Shown: positions 38,520 through 43,829 of the stretch, one piece after another
Layout: every line of letters begins with the position of its first letter
Numbering within the stretch: position 1 is the first letter of the stretch
From: Sulfurospirillum sp.
GTDB lineage: Bacteria; Campylobacterota; Campylobacteria; Campylobacterales; QNZT01
Reading direction: 5' to 3'
Length of the DNA stretch: 43,829 bases
Assembly (NCBI GenBank): GCA_024762235.1
Contig: JANTHT010000003.1
Coordinates: 1 to 43,829, forward strand
The notes under the pieces: generated by a model
Database searches by the model: none
Told to the model about the DNA's origin: nothing
Seen by the model: the letters and a program-made list of their open reading frames with translations, nothing else
Translations under genes and position numbers: made by a program

Positions 38520-41458
38520 CCCTTCTCGCTGAAGTGGAGTTTGAGTCCCTCTTCACTCATGACAAAACCGCTGATGAAGATCTTGCCTTCGTGTACCTTT
38601 TTATGATGCTCTTTGCAGAGGGGGATGAGGTTGTAGCGGTGGTTCTGGTGAAAGTGGTCGATGTTCCCCTCTGTGTCTGAGAGCATCTGCGCTTTGATGT
38701 GATGCACATCTTCGACCGGTTTGTTGCAGAGCGCACATTTGGTGAGAAACATACTTTTGTTGTATTTGCTGCGTTTCTGTTTTTTGAGCAGTTCCAGTTC
38801 GCTGTAACTGCCGCTCATCTTTTTGCGCAGTTCGTATGCCTGTTGGATGAAAGTGGTATCCATATGCAGCGACTTGGCAAACTCCAGTCCGTAGAGGGAG
38901 CTGCCGCTTCCGGGCTCCAGTTTACGGTTATAGATGAGGGTGTCATGCACTTCATCGTACTGCACACCCAGATGGAGGAAGATGATCGCATCCAGTTTTT
39001 TGATCTCATCGAGTCCCGTCAACTGGTGCAGATGGGTCGCGAAAATGAAAAAAGCGCCCAGATCATGCAGGCGCATCACGGCACTCGCTACGATCGCCAG
39101 TGCCGATTCGGTCTCCGTACCGTGGCAGATCTCGTCTCCGAGGATGAGGCTCTGCCTGTTGGCACGGTTAAAGATATTTTTGAGTTCCAGCATCTCTATG
39201 GCGAAAGTTGAAAGTCCTTTGTAGAGGTTGTCGCGGGAGACGATGCGGGTGAAGAGTTTGTCGAACATCGTAAAGCGCAGTTGTGTTGCGGGAACGAAAA
39301 ATCCCGCCTGTGCCATGATCACCGCGATGCCGGTCGCTTTCATGAGAGAAGACTTGCCGCTGGAATTGATACCGTAGAGCAGTACGCCGCGTACTTCGTC
39401 ACTCTCTGCCGCCTGAAGGGTGATGTGGTCACCGTCGTACGCTTCGGGTTCTTTACCGAGAAAAAGATCGTTGGGGATGTAGATGCCGTTCTCTTCCCGT
39501 GACTCGATGATCGGATGGCGCAGGCCGACTGCTTCGAAAAAGGGGTTCTTTGACTTTTCCAGAAGCTCGGGCCGGGTGTATCGGTAGAGCTTCGCGCATT
39601 TGGCGTTGCTGATAGCGACATCGAGCACGCCTATGTGAGAGATGATCTGCTCCAGTTGCAGGGCGTAGCGCTCTTCTATCTCTTCGAGACTCTCTTCATA
39701 CCGTTTTTTGACCAGTGCGATCATTTTGACCTGGTTGGCGATGTAGGCGGAGGAGATCTCTTCGAAGAGTGTCGAGGTGATCTTGACGGAGTTTTTGAGT
39801 TTTTTGATCGTGAAATCTTTGAAAAAGTAGTGGTGGTCTCCGACGGTGATGAAACTCTTGTGCAGCTCCTCTTCGATGAGGGCATAGCGGTTTTTGGTCA
39901 TCGTGATGAAGTAACCCTCACTCTCGAGATAACCGACGGCGGCGTACTCGCTTCCCGAGTTGCCGAAGAGGGAGTTGATATGTTTCGCGATCGTTTCGAC
40001 TTTGTAGAGCTGCATCTTCTGCTCATGTACCAGCATGTCGATAGCGGGATAGATCCCTTCGTAAAAGAAGTTTTCACTGATCTGGTTTTTGGAGACCCGG
40101 GCGCAGAGATCGAGGTCGAATGTGTGAGAGAGGTGATGGATGAAGTCGGCAGTCTCGTCGACCATACTCCTGTCGACGGCGATCCCCTCTTTCTGCTCTT
40201 CGTGTAGTATCGCCAGTACCGATTCGAGCGATGTGAAAAGATAGTTGAGTTCGAACGGATGGAGTTTTTTGAGTTTGATGCGCCGCAGGATACGCTCCAG
40301 ATCGTAGATCTGCTTCAGCAGGTTTTCGAAGGTCTGGTACTTTTCGAGCAGTTTTTCGCTCAGATCGTAGCGTTCGTTGAGCAGCTTCAGATCACAGATG
40401 GGGTTGAGCAGACGCTCCTTGAGCACCCGTTTTCCGATGGCGGTGGAAGTCTGGTCTATGAGAGAGAGGAGGCTCTTCTCGTTGCTGTTTCGGGAAATGA
40501 TCCCAAGCTGTTCAAGTGCGTTGTTGCCGAGATAGACAAAGCGGTCGGCGGTGAGAAAACGCGGTTTGTACATCTTCTCGATGAGGGAGGGATCATGCTC
40601 GATGATAAAATCGCAAAGCAGTGCCAGCGATTCGCTCGCGTAAGGGTAGCGCTCGAGATCGAGATACTCGATGGGGGAGAGAAAGGAGCGTATGTGGTAG
40701 ATGCGGGCGAAGAGTTCGTTCTGGTAGGCGATCCTGAGGCGGCATCTGTTGAAGCTGTAGTGATAGTTCCCTGGAATTTCGAAGTAGCTGAGCACCCACT
40801 CTTTGTCGATCTTCTCATCCGCAAATGTGAGCAGCACTTCGGATGTCTGATAAGTCTGCAGCAGGGTGAAGACCTCGTCGAGTGCGAAGGTCTTGTCTTC
40901 GCTGGTGCTGTGGATTTCGTTGACCATCGTTTTACCGGTACTGACATCGATGGCACTGTACCCGACCGAGTAGATGCCGTTGGTCTGCTCGATGATAAGC
41001 GAAGCGATATTGTTTTCACTCGGTTCCTGGAGGTAGTCGAAATTGGTACCCGGAGAGATGATGTTGGCGACATAGCGGCTTACTTTGGGCGGTTCGCCTC
41101 TCTGGCGTACGATGACGACAGTGTATCGTTTACTCTGAATGATACGGTTGAGGTAGCGTTCCAGTGAAACAGACGGGACTCCGGCAAGCAGGGGATTTTG
41201 GGCCGAATTTTCGAGAATCGATTTGTTTTTGCGCGTCAGCTGGATGTTGAGCAGTTCGGAGATCTCTTTGGCTTTGCCAATCTGTTCCGTTTCGTTGTTG
41301 ACCTCGTAGACTTCGAAAAAGGAGCCGATCTCCATCAGTACGAGCGTATCGGATCCATACTTCTTTTCGTAGTAGCGTTGCAGGTCGAAATATATTTCGG
41401 TCAGGAGCTTTTTTTTGTCCGACAGGATCGCGTCGACTTCTTTGCTATGGAGTTTTAT
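38516..41458 (-). CDS. MutS-family ATPase with C-terminal HNH endonuclease (MutS7-type)
   Basis: [54 protein letters not shown], then CALC..VEDVHHI...[16 protein letters not shown]. The start codon is uncertain (ATA 41458 versus TTG 41488). Confidence 0.9.
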   Translation of the reverse strand: MKLHSKEVDAILSDKKKLLTEIYFDLQRYYEKKYGSDTLVLMEIGSFFEVYEVNNETEQIGKAKEISELLNIQLTRKNKSILENSAQNPLLAGVPSVSLERYLNRIIQSKRYTVVIVRQRGEPPKVSRYVANIISPGTNFDYLQEPSENNIASLIIEQTNGIYSVGYSAIDVSTGKTMVNEIHSTSEDKTFALDEVFTLLQTYQTSEVLLTFADEKIDKEWVLSYFEIPGNYHYSFNRCRLRIAYQNELFARIYHIRSFLSPIEYLDLERYPYASESLALLCDFIIEHDPSLIEKMYKPRFLTADRFVYLGNNALEQLGIISRNSNEKSLLSLIDQTSTAIGKRVLKERLLNPICDLKLLNERYDLSEKLLEKYQTFENLLKQIYDLERILRRIKLKKLHPFELNYLFTSLESVLAILHEEQKEGIAVDRSMVDETADFIHHLSHTFDLDLCARVSKNQISENFFYEGIYPAIDMLVHEQKMQLYKVETIAKHINSLFGNSGSEYAAVGYLESEGYFITMTKNRYALIEEELHKSFITVGDHHYFFKDFTIKKLKNSVKITSTLFEEISSAYIANQVKMIALVKKRYEESLEEIEERYALQLEQIISHIGVLDVAISNAKCAKLYRYTRPELLEKSKNPFFEAVGLRHPIIESREENGIYIPNDLFLGKEPEAYDGDHITLQAAESDEVRGVLLYGINSSGKSSLMKATGIAVIMAQAGFFVPATQLRFTMFDKLFTRIVSRDNLYKGLSTFAIEMLELKNIFNRANRQSLILGDEICHGTETESALAIVASAVMRLHDLGAFFIFATHLHQLTGLDEIKKLDAIIFLHLGVQYDEVHDTLIYNRKLEPGSGSSLYGLEFAKSLHMDTTFIQQAYELRKKMSGSYSELELLKKQKRSKYNKSMFLTKCALCNKPVEDVHHIKAQMLSDTEGNIDHFHQNHRYNLIPLCKEHHKKVHEGKIFISGFVMSEEGLKLHFSEKG

Positions 41459-41578
41459 GGACAGGTCCTTAAGCAGAGGTACCGTCAATTATACAAAAAA
41501 GAGGTGAAACATTCTTTAGATATAAAATTTACTTTAAAATGAAATATTTATTTACTTTTTTCGCGATTTGAAGTGCTT

Positions 41579-41600
41579 TTTTTGCCAAATGTGCCGATAT
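41579..41600 (+). promoter_or_regulatory. Possible sigma28 (FliA) promoter
   Basis: TTT-N11-GCCGATAT (41593-41600), 28 nt upstream of the small ORF at 41629. Confidence 0.4.
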
Positions 41601-41628
41601 TAGAGATATCAAAGTGCAGGAGTGTTTC

Positions 41629-41754
41629 ATGAAGGTGCATTACAAAGTAAGTGAAGAGTATCGGGTTGTCTTTCGGCCACCGTTTCTTCTGGCGGAGATA
41701 GCGGGAGTTGTCATCATTATAGGAGGTCTGTTCGCACATGCTTTCTTTGGCTGA
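41629..41754 (+). CDS. Small membrane protein (41 aa), absent from the ORF track
   Basis: AGGAG RBS 6 nt before the ATG; MKVHYKVSEEYRVVFRPPFLLAEIAGVVIIIGGLFAHAFFG*. Confidence 0.6.
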   Translation: MKVHYKVSEEYRVVFRPPFLLAEIAGVVIIIGGLFAHAFFG

Positions 41755-41797
41755 AATATTCCTGTAAATTAACCAATAATTGGCTATTATCGCACTT

Positions 41798-42373
41798 ATG
41801 GAAAATAAAGAGAAATTTGAACAATCTGTCAGAAACATGCTGGAGATCATCGGTGAAGATCCTGATCGCGAAGGACTTGTCAAAACGCCGGAACGTGTCT
41901 ACAAAGCGTTTGGATTCATGACCAAAGGCTACGGCCAGGATCCCAAAGAGGTGCTCAACGAAGCACTTTTTGAGAGTACCAACGATGAGATGGTACTGAT
42001 TCGCGATATCGAATTTTACTCATTGTGCGAACACCATCTGTTGCCAATCATCGGGCGCGCGCATGTGGCGTATATACCCAATGGCAAAGTTGTCGGCCTC
42101 TCCAAGATTCCCAGACTTGTCGAAGTTTTTGCACGAAGATTGCAGATACAGGAGCAGATGACCGAACAGATCGCCGATGCCATCACAGACGTGATAGACC
42201 CCAAAGGGGTGGGTGTGGTGATTCAGGCGAGACATATGTGCATGGAGATGCGCGGTGTCGAAAAGGTCAACTCCATGACCACCACTTCTGCCCTCCGCGG
42301 CATGTTTCATGAGCAGAAAACCCGAAGTGAATTTCTCAACTTTATCAATACCCCTCCAACCATAAGGTACTGA
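41798..42373 (+). CDS. folE: GTP cyclohydrolase I
   Basis: [44 protein letters not shown]. Start ATG 41798. Confidence 0.96.
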   Translation: MENKEKFEQSVRNMLEIIGEDPDREGLVKTPERVYKAFGFMTKGYGQDPKEVLNEALFESTNDEMVLIRDIEFYSLCEHHLLPIIGRAHVAYIPNGKVVGLSKIPRLVEVFARRLQIQEQMTEQIADAITDVIDPKGVGVVIQARHMCMEMRGVEKVNSMTTTSALRGMFHEQKTRSEFLNFINTPPTIRY

Positions 42374-43671
42374 TGAAACTCAGCGATATCGCCAAAAAAC
42401 TCGAACATGCTGAAATCTCCGTCCCTTTCGGACAGATAGAGAACATCAACGCCTCCAATATAGAGATCACCGGTCTCAGACCCGGGATAGGAGATATCAT
42501 CAAGATGATAGACTCAGGGGGTGAAGAGCGTCTGGGGATGGTCACGGAGCTCAAGCGCAACTCTTTTTTTGTCTCTCCCTTCGGCTTTGTAGAGGGATTG
42601 AAGATCGGAGACAAAGCCTATATTGACGAAGAGGGGTTGACCATTTCCGTCAGCGATGCACTTCTCGGGCGCGTGGTGGATCCTCTCATGCGTCCGAAGG
42701 ATGGGAAAGGAGAGATCTGTGGCGGTACGCCGATGCCGATCATCCGTGCACCGATCGATGCGATGAAACGCGGACTGATCGAAGAGAAGTTCAGTGTCGG
42801 TGTTAAGACGATCGACGGTTTGCTGACTACGGGTGTAGGGCAGAAAGTGGGCATCTTTGCCGGAAGCGGCGTGGGAAAATCGACCCTGATGGGCATGATC
42901 GTACGCGGCGCGCAGGCACCGATCAAAGTGGTTGCACTCATTGGGGAGCGCGGACGTGAGATACCGGAGTTCATCGCCAAAAACCTTGCTGGAGATCTGA
43001 CCGATACTGTGATCGTCGCAGCGACGAGCGACGATTCCTCTCTCATGCGAAAGTATGGGGCCTTTGCCGCGATGAGTGTGGCAGAATACTTCAAAGAACA
43101 GGGACGGGATGTCCTTTTTATCATGGATTCAGTGACACGTTTTGCGATGGCACAGCGTGAAATCGGTCTGGCACTCGGAGAGCCGCCTACCTCCAAAGGC
43201 TACCCGCCCTCTTCCCTGACACTGCTGGCACAGCTGATGGAGCGTGCAGGCAAAGAGGAGGGCAAAGGATCGATCACCGCATTTTTCACAGTATTGATCG
43301 AGGGGGATGACATGAGTGATCCTATCGCCGATCAGAGCAGGAGTATCCTGGATGGGCATATCGTCCTGAGTCGCGAGATGACAGATCTGGGTATCTACCC
43401 GCCCATCAACATTCTCAACTCCGCCTCGAGGGTCATGAACGACGTTGTGGATGCCAGACATAAAGTGGCCGCGATGAAGTTCAAACGGATGTTTTCACTC
43501 CTCAAAGAGAATGAAGTGCTCATACGTATTGGTGCCTATACCAAAGGGAGCGATCCCGAACTCGACGAAGCGATTGACAAAAAACAGCTCCTGGAAGCCT
43601 TCATGAAACAGGATCCCGATCAAATTATACCTTTTGAAGAGACAAAGAGCCAACTTCTAAGTATTGTTTAA
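42373..43671 (+). CDS. fliI: Flagellar export ATPase
   Basis: GIFAGSGVGKST, LIGERGRE, MDSVTRFAMAQREIG, GEPPTSKGYPPS, ILDGHIVL. TGATG overlap with folE. Confidence 0.95.
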   Translation: MKLSDIAKKLEHAEISVPFGQIENINASNIEITGLRPGIGDIIKMIDSGGEERLGMVTELKRNSFFVSPFGFVEGLKIGDKAYIDEEGLTISVSDALLGRVVDPLMRPKDGKGEICGGTPMPIIRAPIDAMKRGLIEEKFSVGVKTIDGLLTTGVGQKVGIFAGSGVGKSTLMGMIVRGAQAPIKVVALIGERGREIPEFIAKNLAGDLTDTVIVAATSDDSSLMRKYGAFAAMSVAEYFKEQGRDVLFIMDSVTRFAMAQREIGLALGEPPTSKGYPPSSLTLLAQLMERAGKEEGKGSITAFFTVLIEGDDMSDPIADQSRSILDGHIVLSREMTDLGIYPPINILNSASRVMNDVVDARHKVAAMKFKRMFSLLKENEVLIRIGAYTKGSDPELDEAIDKKQLLEAFMKQDPDQIIPFEETKSQLLSIV

Positions 43672-43687
43672 GAAAACAAATAGTATG

Positions 43688-43710
43688 ATTGAGACAAAAT
43701 TAGTCCTAAT
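43688..43710 (+). promoter_or_regulatory. Rrf2/IscR-type palindromic operator upstream of the cysteine desulfurase gene
   Basis: ATTGAGAC-AAAATTA-GTCCTAAT (GAC-N7-GTC core), overlapping -10 TATGAT (43684-43689) and the expected start site. Confidence 0.55.
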
Positions 43711-43722
43711 TAAGGAGAATAA

Positions 43723-43829
<107 letters not shown>

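Noticed and set aside
41548-41883. Minus-strand 111-aa ORF (or 63 aa from ATG 41739) upstream of mutS
   Set aside because: It has no good RBS and overlaps both folE and the better-supported plus-strand small ORF at 41629-41754.

Overview
This is the replication-origin region of a flagellated, moderately GC-rich Campylobacterota (epsilonproteobacterial) chromosome; the genus cannot be fixed from sequence alone. The window runs from the 3' end of flgE to the start of nifS. The core is ruvC <- oriC1 - dnaA - oriC2 - dnaN - gyrB - queF - HD protein, followed by SRP RNA, tRNA-Ser(GGA) and two intragenic parS sites. Housekeeping genes include thyX, pepD, hisF, rlmN, purB, nrdA, dcd, accBC, gltX, a malic enzyme, folE and fliI. 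I found no CRISPR array, prophage, integrase or transposase. The best leads are: (1) a dinB gene coupled to an unknown 103-aa partner, with a tandem palindromic operator over its promoter (a possible LexA-independent mutagenesis cassette); (2) a MutS7-type MutS-HNH fusion that appears to start at ATA; (3) a catalytically degenerate NtrB/NtrC-like pair; (4) two distant paralogous lipoproteins of an unnamed family; (5) an intein/Hint-like insert beside the NrdA active-site Cys; (6) RBS-sequestering hairpins at thyX and pepD, the pepD loop being perfectly complementary (14 nt) to the SRP RNA 5' leader; (7) two small membrane proteins missed by the ORF track. All homology calls are by eye from motifs; no database searches were run.
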